Of a stretch of 64,000 nucleotides of DNA, positions 27,169 to 38,131 are shown piece after piece. The position numbers and the translations under genes were made by a program. The notes beneath the pieces were generated by a model, which saw only the letters and a list, made by a program, of their open reading frames with translations, made no database searches and was not told the DNA's origin. The stretch is from a virus. Where the stretch lies: IMG/VR virus record IMGVR_UViG_3300030098_003782, positions 4,001 through 68,000 of that record; one strand, written 5' to 3'. The stretch's first letter is position 1; every line of letters begins with the position of its first letter.

Positions 27169-27589
27169 AAGAAAAAGATCTAAAGTTAAAAATGCTAAAA
27201 AATCTACATATAAAGGACTCGAATTTAAATCTAATCTAGAATTACATTGTTATAAAAAATTAGAAGAAGCTAAAATTAAAGTTAAATATGAACAGGAAAC
27301 ATTTACTATATTTCCTGCAATGGTTTATCCTTTAGCTTGTTATGAAGGAACAGCTAAAAAGCTTTATAACAAAGGATCTAAAATCAGGCCTATAACATAC
27401 ACTCCTGATTTTGTAGATCCAAACGGTAAATTTATTATCGAAACAAAAGGCTATGCAAATGAGTCTTTTCCTTTAAGGTGGAAACTATTCAAGAAACATC
27501 TTAAAGAAAACAATCATCACTATGTGCTATTTATGCCAAGAAATAAAAAGCAAGTAGATGAGGTTGTAGAACTTATCAAACAATTATAG
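27146..27589 (+). CDS. PD-(D/E)xK endonuclease (T7 endonuclease I-like resolvase)
   Basis: FKSNLE...YE...YTPDFV...IIETKG. Confidence 0.82.
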   Translation: MTKKKYARRKRSKVKNAKKSTYKGLEFKSNLELHCYKKLEEAKIKVKYEQETFTIFPAMVYPLACYEGTAKKLYNKGSKIRPITYTPDFVDPNGKFIIETKGYANESFPLRWKLFKKHLKENNHHYVLFMPRNKKQVDEVVELIKQL

Positions 27590-27684
27590 GTTAGAGGGGA
27601 GGTTAGTGATTTAATTAATAACTGTGCGGTTATACTTTGTGGTAATTACAATTCCTCCCCTTTTTCCTTTTACATTATTATATT

Positions 27685-27888
27685 ATGAAAAAAAGACCAA
27701 GAAGAACTCCAAGATCATGGAAAATAGTAGGTAAAAAAGTTATTGAATATTTTTACAATAACCCATATGCTAATAGTCATGAGGAGATAAGTGAAAAATT
27801 TAACATAGATAAATCTTCAATACGTAAAATACTTAGTGAAGAAATAGACCGTAGATTTAAAAATGCGGAAAGAGTAAGAAACTTATAA
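27685..27888 (+). CDS. Small HTH protein
   Basis: SHEEISEKFNIDKSSIRKIL. Confidence 0.6.
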   Translation: MKKRPRRTPRSWKIVGKKVIEYFYNNPYANSHEEISEKFNIDKSSIRKILSEEIDRRFKNAERVRNL

Positions 27889-27907
27889 ATCAATTAAATA
27901 AAAAATT

Positions 27908-28123
27908 ATGAATTACGACCAATGGAAATTAAGTAACCCTATAGATGACGGATATGGATACAACATGTTAAGCGATTGTTGCGGAGCATTAATGTATGAT
28001 GATTGTGATATTTGTCCTGAGTGTAAAGAACATTGTGAACCTATAGAGGATTATGAATATGAAGCCGCTAAAAAAGAGGCATATGAAGAAATGAAAGCAG
28101 ATGGGGAAAGAGACGAGTTTTAA
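27908..28123 (+). CDS. Small Cys-rich Zn-ribbon protein
   Basis: SDCCGA...CDICPECKEHC. Confidence 0.65.
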   Translation: MNYDQWKLSNPIDDGYGYNMLSDCCGALMYDDCDICPECKEHCEPIEDYEYEAAKKEAYEEMKADGERDEF

Positions 28124-28139
28124 ATAAATTAAATTAAAC

Positions 28140-29312
28140 ATGAGAACAGTACAAGATCAACTCTCTAGAATATCAAAAACATTGATATTTTCAGAGCCTT
28201 TCTATGGTATCTTTCTTATTGGATTACAAAAAGAATTCAATAAGCAGTGCGCTACCGCAGGTGTAGGAAAACACGGTATTGGGATGAGACTAGTAATCAA
28301 CCCAGATTTCTTTGGTGAACTTAGTGAGTTACATCAACAAGGTTTACTAAAACATGAGCTATTACATATAGCTTTTGGACATATTATATTAGCGGATAAA
28401 TACTCTAATAAAAAACTATTTAATATTGCGGCAGATATAGAAATCAACCAATATATTGATAGTAACATGTTGCCAGCTGGCGGGCTAACTTTGGATACGT
28501 TTAAAGAGCTTAATCTAAAGAAAAGAGCAGGTACTGCTTATTATTACAAGAAACTTGAAGAAACTATGGATTGTAATGGTAATAGCAGCTGCGATGCGGT
28601 ACAAGAAATTCTTGACCAAATGGATGGTAATAGTCAATATTGCCATAAAGAATGGAAAGAAATTGGTGATTTGCCTGAAGCTGAGAAGAAACTAGTACAA
28701 AAGCAATATGAGCATCAGATGAAACAGACTGCAGAAGAGATCCAAAAGAAATGTGGTACTATCCCTGGTGAGCTAGCAGAGATTATTGAAAGACTATTTA
28801 CTATAAACCCTCCTAAATTCAATTGGAAGCAATATCTTAAAAGGTTTATTAATAACGCATCTAAAATCTATACTAAAAAGCTTAGACGTAAATATAATAA
28901 GCGTTATTCAGGTAATCCGGGTCTTAAAATTAAGCATAAAAATCATGTGCTAGTTGGCGTAGATACTTCAGGCTCAGTAAGCAGCGAAGAGTTAATAGAG
29001 TTTATGCATGAGTTAAATCATATGCACAAAACTGGTAACCAAATTACTGTAGCACAGTTTGATACAGAACTAACTGATGTTTCAGAGTTTGATCCTAAAA
29101 AGAATTGGGAAATTAAAGGTAGAGGTGGAACATATTTTCAACCAGTTATAGATCATTATAATGACCCTAAAACTAAATACTCTGCTTTTATATGTCTTAC
29201 TGATGGTGAGGCCCCTAATCCTGAAAAATGCCCTAAGAATGCTTTATGGGTACATAGTAGCAGATCTTCTATAAATGAAGATTTAACTGGAATAAAAATA
29301 CAATTAAATTAA
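28140..29312 (+). CDS. Metallopeptidase-vWA protein (DUF2201-like)
   Basis: LKHELLH, NIAADIEIN, MIDAS motif VDTSGS, GRGGT, LTDG. Confidence 0.88.
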   Translation: MRTVQDQLSRISKTLIFSEPFYGIFLIGLQKEFNKQCATAGVGKHGIGMRLVINPDFFGELSELHQQGLLKHELLHIAFGHIILADKYSNKKLFNIAADIEINQYIDSNMLPAGGLTLDTFKELNLKKRAGTAYYYKKLEETMDCNGNSSCDAVQEILDQMDGNSQYCHKEWKEIGDLPEAEKKLVQKQYEHQMKQTAEEIQKKCGTIPGELAEIIERLFTINPPKFNWKQYLKRFINNASKIYTKKLRRKYNKRYSGNPGLKIKHKNHVLVGVDTSGSVSSEELIEFMHELNHMHKTGNQITVAQFDTELTDVSEFDPKKNWEIKGRGGTYFQPVIDHYNDPKTKYSAFICLTDGEAPNPEKCPKNALWVHSSRSSINEDLTGIKIQLN

Positions 29313-29318
29313 ACAAAA

Positions 29319-30494
29319 ATGAATCAAGTAAACTTAAACATTGATGAACTACAAAATTTTGTAGGACACATCATAAAAAACAATCGTCATTTACAGGCAG
29401 ACGGAAAAAAGCCTGTAGCAATTGAAGTAGTAGGTGAATCTGGTATTGGTAAAACTACTAGTATTATGGATATGACTCAAGCACATGGCTTGGATTTTGT
29501 TAAATTAAATTTAGCACAAATCGAAGAGCTTGGAGATTTAGTTGGATTTCCTATTAAACAATTCCAAATGTGGACTATGAAGGGAGATAAAAAGATAGGT
29601 AAATGGGTAGATGAAGTAGCAGTTAATGACCATTCTAAACTAGGTTTTCAAACTACTGGTAAAAGTAGAATGTCTTATTCAGCCCCGGAGTGGATCGCTG
29701 ATAAGAAAGCAGGCGGTGTATTATTGCTTGATGACTGGAACCGTGCAGATGTAAGATTTATTCAAGCGTGTATGGAGCTAGTAGACAGACAGCAATATAT
29801 ATCATGGACTCTTCCTAAAGATTGGCATATTATATTAACTGCTAATCCTGATAATGGAGATTATATGGTTAATTCTGTCGATGCAGCTCAGAAGACTCGT
29901 TACATTACTGCAAACTTAAAGTTTGATATAGATGTATGGGCCCGCTGGGCGGAGGAGAATGATATAGACACTAGGTGTATTAACTTCTTGCTAATGCATC
30001 CTGAACTAGTTACACAAGAGACTAATGCTAGGTCTATTTCAACGTTCTTTAATGCTATATCTAGTATAAAGAGCTTTGAAGACCAATTGCCGTTAATCCA
30101 AATGATTGGTGAAGGTAGTGTAGGTAACGAATTTGCATCTATGTTTACCACATTTATAAATAACAAATTAGATAAGCTAATAACTCCTAAAGAAATAGTA
30201 ACTGGACCAGAAGAAGTATTGGCCCAAATAACTGAGTGTATAGGTAAAGACGATAACTATAGAGCTGATATAGCTAGTCTTTTAGCAACCAGAGTAGCTA
30301 ATTTCTCTGTTGCTTTTTCAAAAACGGACACTGTAACACAAAAAATGCAACAGCGTCTTATTAATCTATGCACAAAAGACTATTTTACTAATGATTTAAA
30401 ATATTTAGTAGTTAGGACTATATTTAATGGAAATAAGCAGAAGTTTAACCAAATGATGATGAATCCAGCTATCGTCAAAATGACAATTAAATAA
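29319..30494 (+). CDS. MoxR-like AAA+ ATPase
   Basis: GESGIGKT, DLVGFP, LLLDDWNRA, ILTANP; adjacent to the vWA gene. Confidence 0.88.
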   Translation: MNQVNLNIDELQNFVGHIIKNNRHLQADGKKPVAIEVVGESGIGKTTSIMDMTQAHGLDFVKLNLAQIEELGDLVGFPIKQFQMWTMKGDKKIGKWVDEVAVNDHSKLGFQTTGKSRMSYSAPEWIADKKAGGVLLLDDWNRADVRFIQACMELVDRQQYISWTLPKDWHIILTANPDNGDYMVNSVDAAQKTRYITANLKFDIDVWARWAEENDIDTRCINFLLMHPELVTQETNARSISTFFNAISSIKSFEDQLPLIQMIGEGSVGNEFASMFTTFINNKLDKLITPKEIVTGPEEVLAQITECIGKDDNYRADIASLLATRVANFSVAFSKTDTVTQKMQQRLINLCTKDYFTNDLKYLVVRTIFNGNKQKFNQMMMNPAIVKMTIK

Positions 30495-30496
30495 TT

Positions 30497-31528
30497 ATGG
30501 CAAGTAAAAATATACACGCAGGTGAATTCCCGGATCAAGCAATAATTGATCTGGGATTCGAAGACGGTACTAGTGTTGGATTTATGGTTGGTAATATGGA
30601 TATAAAAGAGGTATATTTATCAGAGTCTAAAGCTCAATACGATAAATTAATAGAACTTTTAGAAACAGAAACAACAGCTGATTTAACTCAAGTTAAAAGA
30701 GCTTTTATATTACCAATGCATAATGTATCAACTGATAGATTAAAAGCAGCATTAAAAGAACATAAAATTAGTATTACTAATGATTATGAAAAAGCTGATT
30801 TTATTATACCGCATACTAATTTTCATGATACATATACTCAAGTAGATAATATTCCACAAAATAAATTAATGTTTAAAATATATAATGGATATTTTTCTAA
30901 TGATCATAGACAGGCAGTTCAAGATTATCATAGTGATACTGGTTACAATGTTTTATTAGATAAAAGATCTTTAGGTAATTATAATCAATGGAATATAGAA
31001 TATACTAGTGCTCCTTATGATAGTTATTGCTTTAGTAATATGGCTATTGTACTAGCTGCAATGGTTGAGGATGGTGAACTACAAGTTATTGAAACAGATA
31101 CTATTCTTAATCAATCTGCTAATAGAGTTCCTATGACTAAAGAGTTAATGGAAGATATTAAAAAGATGATAGATGGATATGACGTTTCTGATGAAGAATT
31201 AGAAATGGCTGGAAAAATTATCCCAACTATTGATCCTACTGGAGAACCGTATTTATTATATGAATATTCTGATTTCTTACAAAATAAATCATATAGTTAT
31301 AGTAGAAATAAAGATGTTCAATATTGGTTACAAAAACATAGAATATCAGAATTATCTCATTGTAATGCTGAACAAGCTATTAAATATTTTGAAGATAAAG
31401 GTATGTTAGATTCAAGATGTTTTAGAGCATTAGAAGTAGAATGTAGAAAAGAAATACAAATCCATAATAGGGAATTGTATACATTTAAAGTTCAAGTTAA
31501 ACCTGAGTACAGAAAATATATGCAATAA
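30497..31528 (+). CDS. Hypothetical protein, third gene of the vWA-MoxR unit
   Basis: Starts 2 nt after the MoxR stop. Confidence 0.65.
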   Translation: MASKNIHAGEFPDQAIIDLGFEDGTSVGFMVGNMDIKEVYLSESKAQYDKLIELLETETTADLTQVKRAFILPMHNVSTDRLKAALKEHKISITNDYEKADFIIPHTNFHDTYTQVDNIPQNKLMFKIYNGYFSNDHRQAVQDYHSDTGYNVLLDKRSLGNYNQWNIEYTSAPYDSYCFSNMAIVLAAMVEDGELQVIETDTILNQSANRVPMTKELMEDIKKMIDGYDVSDEELEMAGKIIPTIDPTGEPYLLYEYSDFLQNKSYSYSRNKDVQYWLQKHRISELSHCNAEQAIKYFEDKGMLDSRCFRALEVECRKEIQIHNRELYTFKVQVKPEYRKYMQ

Positions 31529-31657
31529 CTGAGGAGAGTTGTTTGCATAACACTCATGTTTAATTTGATTGCATAGAAGGGGGATAACAGAGGCCTAGTG
31601 AAACATGATTTCCAAGGACAAAACCCCCTGATATGTTTAACCATTAAAAATTAAAAT

Positions 31658-32413
31658 ATGAAAGAAAAGATAGCCCTAATAGATGGCGATAGTTTAATCT
31701 ATTATGAAATGGGTAAGCCTACCCTAGAAGAGGCGATAGAAAGTTTGGATGGTAGATTGCATCAAATGTTTGAACAAACAGAAGCAACACACTATGCTGG
31801 ATTTCTTACATCTGGTAAATGTTTTAGATATGCGGCAGCTAAAACTAGACCTTATAAAGGAAATAGAAAACACGGTGATAAACCTATTATATTTCCTGCT
31901 ATAAAAGAATATTTAAGACAACATTGGGGATTTACATCTGTTACTGAGCTAGAAGCTGATGATTTAGTTTCTATATATCATAACAATGAAAATACAGTTA
32001 TATGCAGTCCTGATAAAGATGTACTTTATCAAAATGAAGGAAAACATTATAATTATGGAAAAGCAGAACACGTAGAATGTACAAGCGGTCAAGCTAAAAC
32101 ATTTTTATGGAAACAAATGTTAATGGGAGATTCAACAGATGGTATACAAGGAGTACCAAAAGTAGGAGAAAAAACTTCAGAAAAATGGGTAAATACTACT
32201 CGTCCATTAGATCTTCCTGAATTTGTATTAGAAAAATATATAGAAAAATTTGGAATTCATGGTGGAATCTCTAACTTTGCAGAGACATTCAAACTTATAT
32301 ACATTTTAAAATGTAAAAGTGAAGTTCGTAAAGAATTAGATATTGAATTACCAACTTTAAAATATCTAATTAATGAAGTTAAATCTAAAAATCCTGATGA
32401 TCTATGGCAATAA
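31658..32413 (+). CDS. 5'-3' exonuclease / RNase H (T7 gp6-like)
   Basis: LIDGDS, YKGNR, EADD, SPDKD, GDSTDGIQGVPKVG. Confidence 0.9.
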   Translation: MKEKIALIDGDSLIYYEMGKPTLEEAIESLDGRLHQMFEQTEATHYAGFLTSGKCFRYAAAKTRPYKGNRKHGDKPIIFPAIKEYLRQHWGFTSVTELEADDLVSIYHNNENTVICSPDKDVLYQNEGKHYNYGKAEHVECTSGQAKTFLWKQMLMGDSTDGIQGVPKVGEKTSEKWVNTTRPLDLPEFVLEKYIEKFGIHGGISNFAETFKLIYILKCKSEVRKELDIELPTLKYLINEVKSKNPDDLWQ

Positions 32414-33171
32414 AGTGTACTGATTTAATATACAAACCTGTAAATGCTTTAACAATTAGACTTTCAGGTGGAACAAAATCTTTAATACCTCATACGGTAA
32501 ATAATAAAATCATATCTTTAGAAAGTCCAGATGGTATAATTACATCAACAGACTCAATCATGGATATTAAAAAATTTAAATATAAAATAAATATAATTGA
32601 ACAAATAACAAGACAGGGCGTATTATACTATGATTTATCAACAGCCAAAAGAACTAAAAGCTCAACATTTATTTTACCTATGTTAGGAGGAAAAAGAAGA
32701 TTATTTTTCTGGAACACATTATTGATGAATGCCTTTGTAGGCATAGAAGACAAAAAAGATTGCATTGTATTACTATATAAATTTTCTATGGATCCTTTGT
32801 TTTTAAAATTTGAAAAAGCAATAAAAACTTTTAATAATTTCTTAGAAAAAATAGATATAGATCCTTATCATGTATTATTTATATTTAACATTCCTAAAAT
32901 ACATGTTAAAAATTATAATAAATTAAAACAAGGAAAATACTCAGAATTAGATGAAGACTATAAATTAGATATATTAGAATTTCATGATTTTTCTTTCAAA
33001 AAAGGACAAGTTGCACAGGTTTTATGGAAATCAGAAAAAAGAAGAAAAGCAATGGAAAAAGCTTTGAACGCAGATATAGATCCTGAATCTGAATTATTAA
33101 CAGCTATAGATTTTGATAAAGAAATTTATGATTTAGAAATATATGAAATCAAAAAACAATTAAAAATATGA
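32404..33171 (+). CDS. Hypothetical protein
   Basis: 255-aa ORF overlapping both neighbours. Confidence 0.65.
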   Translation: MAIKCTDLIYKPVNALTIRLSGGTKSLIPHTVNNKIISLESPDGIITSTDSIMDIKKFKYKINIIEQITRQGVLYYDLSTAKRTKSSTFILPMLGGKRRLFFWNTLLMNAFVGIEDKKDCIVLLYKFSMDPLFLKFEKAIKTFNNFLEKIDIDPYHVLFIFNIPKIHVKNYNKLKQGKYSELDEDYKLDILEFHDFSFKKGQVAQVLWKSEKRRKAMEKALNADIDPESELLTAIDFDKEIYDLEIYEIKKQLKI

Positions 33172-33554
33172 CAAAAAAGAAAAAAGATATAAAAATGTCT
33201 GTACCTGAAGGTATGGAGTTTAATAAATCATATAATATAAGTGATACATTTGGAGGTCATAGTAAATATTACTATGATTTTGATAGAAACAAAGGAGAAT
33301 ATATAACCTTTGATGAAAAATTAGATATCATTGTAAAAAGTGTAACAGATTTATTAAAAGAAAAAAATAAAGCATACGGTGATAGTGCGTTAAATCCTGC
33401 TGGTATATTCAGCAAACTTAACGCTACCGAAGCTTTATGTGCTAGAATTGATGATAAAATTATGAGGATTAAAAACAAAGGTATTAATGATGAAACAGAA
33501 GATACAGTTAATGATTTGATTGGATATTTATTGTTATTAAAAATGTCTATGTAA
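33168..33554 (+). CDS. DUF1599 / nucleotide-modification-associated domain protein
   Basis: KEKNKAYGDS...RIDDKIMRI...EDTVNDLIGY. Confidence 0.78.
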   Translation: MTKKKKDIKMSVPEGMEFNKSYNISDTFGGHSKYYYDFDRNKGEYITFDEKLDIIVKSVTDLLKEKNKAYGDSALNPAGIFSKLNATEALCARIDDKIMRIKNKGINDETEDTVNDLIGYLLLLKMSM

Positions 33555-33586
33555 AAAGAAAGGGGGTTAATTACCCCCCTTTTTTC
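33553..33586. terminator. Bidirectional intrinsic terminator between convergent blocks
   Basis: AAAAAGAAAGGGGG-ttaatta-CCCCCCTTTTTT. Confidence 0.85.
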
Positions 33587-33597
33587 CGACAATTTTT

Positions 33598-36500
33598 CTA
33601 GAGATTAAACCACTTAATAGCCTCTCCAGGAGTTGTACTAGTCCCAACACCTTTTAGTATAGGAACAGCCTTTTCTAGTTTATTATCCCATTTAAGTTCT
33701 CCTTTTTTATTTTTACCTGATTTTCTTTGGTAGTATATATTTTTTTCAGGTATTAATCCTCCCATATTACCAGTACCAAAATAATACATATTTTCTAAAG
33801 TAGATAAAGCAAATGCAAAAATATTTTCTATAGGTCTAACTGTTGCAGTAGGAGATTTAGTTAATCTCCATGTTTCTTCAGGATTTACATAAAATAAAAG
33901 TTCTGATCGTAGTCTTCTGTTTTGATACAATAAGAAATTAGTTGCCCAAGAATTAGGTTCTTCATCATCAGGATCTATTAGTAATGCCGCTGCAAAAGAA
34001 AGTAAAAATGATCCAGCAAGAGAATTTATTTCTATTGCTACTCTTCTTATATTTTGTTTTTCTAGTTCAGACATATTTTTATATTGATTGCTTTGAGATT
34101 TAATAGAGTCTCTAAGCATTTTATAAAAAGTAACATAAGTTCCTTGAGTCAATGCTCCTAATTCATGATCTGAATGCCATGTTTCTCCATGTCCAAATCT
34201 TCTTCTGTATCCAGGAACCATCCATCCTCTAAATAACATTACCAATTTACCATACCAATGTCTTTTTAAATGATTAGAATCAAATTGATTATATACACCA
34301 TTAGTACGTTTATTTATACCGTGAAGTCTATTCATAAATCTAACCTTATCAAAATTAGCTACTCTTGGATCTATTTTAAGTCTTCCATTAACTTGACTAT
34401 GAGCATCTAACATTGTCATATCAGATCCATCAGGATTTTTTAATTGTTTACCATTTTTATCTTTAGCTTTCATAAACTCAAGCATTGCCATACCTCTAGT
34501 AACTTGCACCTCATGCTCTGCTCCATGTTGTAAGAAAAACAATGCATCTGAAGAAAATAATTTTTTAGCATTTGAACCTGTTACATTTTTACCGTTAGTT
34601 TTAGCAAATTGTCCTTGAATCATATCATACTCATTTAACATTTGGCCTACAAATGTAGTAGGAGCTATTTTACCTAAATCTCCAATTCCTCCACCTTTAC
34701 TCCAATAAGTTGTTTTTGCTTTTAAAACTGATTTTCTATCTACAAACTGACCGGCCGCAGCTTCACTCCATCCTATTATATTATCAAGTACGTTTTGGTT
34801 AACTCCTTGCAATAAGTTAAAAGATAAAGCATTCATAGCAGTATATCCGGCTAATTTACCTGATAATTTATTAGCTTCAAACTGTTTACCTAAAAATGTA
34901 AATTGTTTTTTAATTGTTTTTTCTCCATATATATTTTGATCTAAAAAAGATGTTAAATGTTTAAAATTATTAGTTTCATGACCTTCTTTAGACCTAGGTT
35001 GTTCAATACCTAAACCTTTTGCTAAACTATTTATAATCTTTATACCTGATGGAGAAGTTAAATCTGTTTCTCTAGATTCAATTATATCTGTCATGATTTG
35101 TATTTCTGCTTGAATACTTGCTTTTGCTTCGTAAGTATTTGCCATAGCCACAAATTGCAGTAAACTAGATGTTATATCTAAACTAATATCTTTTTTGTCA
35201 ACTGCATTAGTATAAAATGCAGGAACAACTTTACGCTGTTTACCTCCAATGGTTTCCCATTGCTGTCCGTATATATGCTGATCTGTTTCTGTAATATCTG
35301 TACCATCAATCCACCATTCTTTTAATGTAGGTAATACTCCTTTTTCTATAAGCATGTCTTTATCAACTTTTCTTATTGAAGGTAACATATACGACATTTC
35401 ACTAAAACTATCTCTTCCTAATTGATGACCTGCGGATCCTAATTTATCTTGATGCTCTTTATATATTTTTAAAACTCCTTCATAGAATTTTTTAGATTTA
35501 GGATTAGCCATAATAGCTTTATACTTTGGATTCGTATAGTCTGTTCTTTTTCTCCCGTCAGACATTTTTTCTCCTCGTGAGGGTCTTAATAAAGATCCTT
35601 TAGGAGTTAATTGTGATGGATATCTAGGATTAACATAATAATTAGTTTGTCTCCAATTATCTAAAATACTTAATTCCATTTCATAAGTAGTCAATTGATC
35701 TACTTCTAAAGCGGTAATTGTATTATCATCTACCTTTTTTTGGAATGGTCTCATTACTTTATAAAGATCTTGAATCTTTTTTTCATGCTTTTCCATTATT
35801 TGTTGAGCATCTTTTTTAGGTACTGTATTTTCTCTTCTCCATTTACCCATAGCCTCTCCAAATGCTCTTCGTGTTAATCTGTACAATTCATCTCTAGTTT
35901 GAGCTCTGTATACAATTTTACCATTAACTTTGTAATTATCTATACTATTTAAATAGTCTTCAAATAACTCATCGCTCTCAAAATCTTTTCTTTCTCTAAA
36001 ATAAGTTTTATTTTTTGCTTCTATAACTGCTTTTTGTTTATTAATTTGGTACCTATTCATATCATCTGGTTGTACTATACTAGCTCTATCAATTTGTTTA
36101 TAAGTACCTTTTTCATCTCTCACCCAAGTTTTAACACTTTCAAGCATTTCTCCATATAATTTTTCAACATTATTAATAGACTTTCCTTCACTAAATTCTT
36201 TATACAGATTCATTATTTCATATGCAGTATCTCTACTTTTATCTTCGCCTTTTATTAAAGAGTCTTTAACCGCTAGTGCAAATAATTGAATAGCATTATC
36301 ATTAGAATATACTAATGGATCTAACCAAAATGAAAACTTACTTGCATCTTTAGAAGCTCTAGTTAATATTTCAGTTAAAGCCTGTTTATGCATTTTTTTA
36401 CTTTCTAACTGTTCTTTTACTAATTCAATAAGATTTTCATCATATTCTTCTTTAGTTATCCTATTTGTTCTAAGATCATTTTGTAAAGAAACAAATTTAT

Positions 36501-38130
36501 TACTTTTTTTATCTAGATGTCTAGTAGCAGCTACTACTTTATTTTCTAAAGTTTCTTGTTCATCAATATTTTGTATTAAACTGTCTATATTTTCATTTAC
36601 TTCTTGAGAAATATAAGGAGTTAAAAAATCAGCCATTGCTGGAATAACTATTCTGAAATATTGATCTTGTAAAGATCTTCTTTGTCTTACTACAGCGCCT
36701 AATTTATCATATGTAGTTTGGAAAGCAGTTGTATGTTTTGCCATGCCTTGCTTTTCTGTAGTAAATAATGTTTCTAATCCTTCTAAAATATCAAATCCTC
36801 TAATATATTCATTTAATTCTGAAACACTAGAAGCATCTTTAGAATCTAATTTTTCACCATTTTTTATTTTATTTTCTAATAATTGATATTTATTAGCAAT
36901 ATTAGCTGTAATTTTAGCAGACATGTCTATAAAAGATATAAAATCCTCTAATGTCTTTACGCTTTCTAAAGTTTCTTCTAGAGATTCAGCTCTTGCTTGA
37001 CTTGCAGCATCATTACGTTGTTCTGCTATTTTTTTAAGTTGTCTAGTATATATTCTAACTTCATCTATTTTCTTTTGTAAAGAATTTTTGTCTCTAGACT
37101 CTTGAGTAAATCCACTTATATTACCAACAAAAGCCTCAGATCTTAATTCTCCAGCAAACATTTGTTCTGCTAATACGGCAGCAGCATTTTGCCTTATTCC
37201 AAACATTTTTCCAATAGATCTAAATATTTTATTTAATAATATTCTAAATTTAGATGGATTTTTTCTTTCTATTTTAGCTCCTTCTATACCTATAGCTGTA
37301 GCTAATATTTCTTTATCTAATTTAACTCCATCTAAATGAGGATAAGCATCTATTACATCTAAAGCTATAGAAGATCCTTGTAATTGTTTTAAAGCCTGTC
37401 TTATTAAAGGATTTTGCATTCCTAATAAATCTACGTATATATGCCCAAATTCATGATAAACACTATCATCTTGTAGATATTCATTATTTAATCTAATGAC
37501 AGCAGATCTAGGTCCCACACCTCTAACATCAGCAGAAACATTTTCTGCTAAATCATTAGTAAATTCTATTCTAGTTTTTATTCCTACGTTTTTAAAAACA
37601 TCTTGTAATTTAGAAGCTTTTTTAGCAGACTCACTTAAAGCCTCTTCTTTTCCATATAAAGCTCTATTTTCTGATGTATTTTCTCTTCTAACCTGCTCAG
37701 AAAGAGATTGTTCAGCTAATTTCATTTCTCTTTCTTCCTTTTGTCTAGCTAATAATTCCTCTTCAGCTTGAATTTCTGCAATATCTTCAGGAAAAGTCAT
37801 ATTTTTGATATTGTTAAGAACTGCAGTATTTATTTTAAAGGTATACTTTTCATTTCTTTCATGTCCAAATCTATTTCTAGTTTGCCCTTTATACTCATAG
37901 TCAATTAAATTAGGATATCTTCTATTTATTCTTCTAACATGATTTAAAGCTATACTAGAGTCTTCTCCTTGATAAATATACATTTGTCCTTTATATTGCT
38001 GTATAACGTTATACTCTTTTAAAATATCATGTATCATACCTAAATTAGGATTTCTTTCCTGTAACGCATTATATAAATGCGTTAAAAATTGATTAGGTCT
38101 ACCATGTAAGTAATATCTACATCTTTTCAT
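33598..38130 (-). CDS. Giant virion/ejection protein with zincin-like motif
   Basis: HEFGH at 37441-37455; 1510 aa; follows the vRNAP gene as in crAss-like phages. Confidence 0.7.
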   Translation of the reverse strand: MKRCRYYLHGRPNQFLTHLYNALQERNPNLGMIHDILKEYNVIQQYKGQMYIYQGEDSSIALNHVRRINRRYPNLIDYEYKGQTRNRFGHERNEKYTFKINTAVLNNIKNMTFPEDIAEIQAEEELLARQKEEREMKLAEQSLSEQVRRENTSENRALYGKEEALSESAKKASKLQDVFKNVGIKTRIEFTNDLAENVSADVRGVGPRSAVIRLNNEYLQDDSVYHEFGHIYVDLLGMQNPLIRQALKQLQGSSIALDVIDAYPHLDGVKLDKEILATAIGIEGAKIERKNPSKFRILLNKIFRSIGKMFGIRQNAAAVLAEQMFAGELRSEAFVGNISGFTQESRDKNSLQKKIDEVRIYTRQLKKIAEQRNDAASQARAESLEETLESVKTLEDFISFIDMSAKITANIANKYQLLENKIKNGEKLDSKDASSVSELNEYIRGFDILEGLETLFTTEKQGMAKHTTAFQTTYDKLGAVVRQRRSLQDQYFRIVIPAMADFLTPYISQEVNENIDSLIQNIDEQETLENKVVAATRHLDKKSNKFVSLQNDLRTNRITKEEYDENLIELVKEQLESKKMHKQALTEILTRASKDASKFSFWLDPLVYSNDNAIQLFALAVKDSLIKGEDKSRDTAYEIMNLYKEFSEGKSINNVEKLYGEMLESVKTWVRDEKGTYKQIDRASIVQPDDMNRYQINKQKAVIEAKNKTYFRERKDFESDELFEDYLNSIDNYKVNGKIVYRAQTRDELYRLTRRAFGEAMGKWRRENTVPKKDAQQIMEKHEKKIQDLYKVMRPFQKKVDDNTITALEVDQLTTYEMELSILDNWRQTNYYVNPRYPSQLTPKGSLLRPSRGEKMSDGRKRTDYTNPKYKAIMANPKSKKFYEGVLKIYKEHQDKLGSAGHQLGRDSFSEMSYMLPSIRKVDKDMLIEKGVLPTLKEWWIDGTDITETDQHIYGQQWETIGGKQRKVVPAFYTNAVDKKDISLDITSSLLQFVAMANTYEAKASIQAEIQIMTDIIESRETDLTSPSGIKIINSLAKGLGIEQPRSKEGHETNNFKHLTSFLDQNIYGEKTIKKQFTFLGKQFEANKLSGKLAGYTAMNALSFNLLQGVNQNVLDNIIGWSEAAAGQFVDRKSVLKAKTTYWSKGGGIGDLGKIAPTTFVGQMLNEYDMIQGQFAKTNGKNVTGSNAKKLFSSDALFFLQHGAEHEVQVTRGMAMLEFMKAKDKNGKQLKNPDGSDMTMLDAHSQVNGRLKIDPRVANFDKVRFMNRLHGINKRTNGVYNQFDSNHLKRHWYGKLVMLFRGWMVPGYRRRFGHGETWHSDHELGALTQGTYVTFYKMLRDSIKSQSNQYKNMSELEKQNIRRVAIEINSLAGSFLLSFAAALLIDPDDEEPNSWATNFLLYQNRRLRSELLFYVNPEETWRLTKSPTATVRPIENIFAFALSTLENMYYFGTGNMGGLIPEKNIYYQRKSGKNKKGELKWDNKLEKAVPILKGVGTSTTPGEAIKWFNL

Positions 38131-38131
38131 A

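Noticed and set aside
23560-29318. Repeated AATTAAATTAAACA upstream of several genes as an operator
   Set aside because: Lies immediately before start codons and fits ordinary A-rich Bacteroidota translation-initiation regions.
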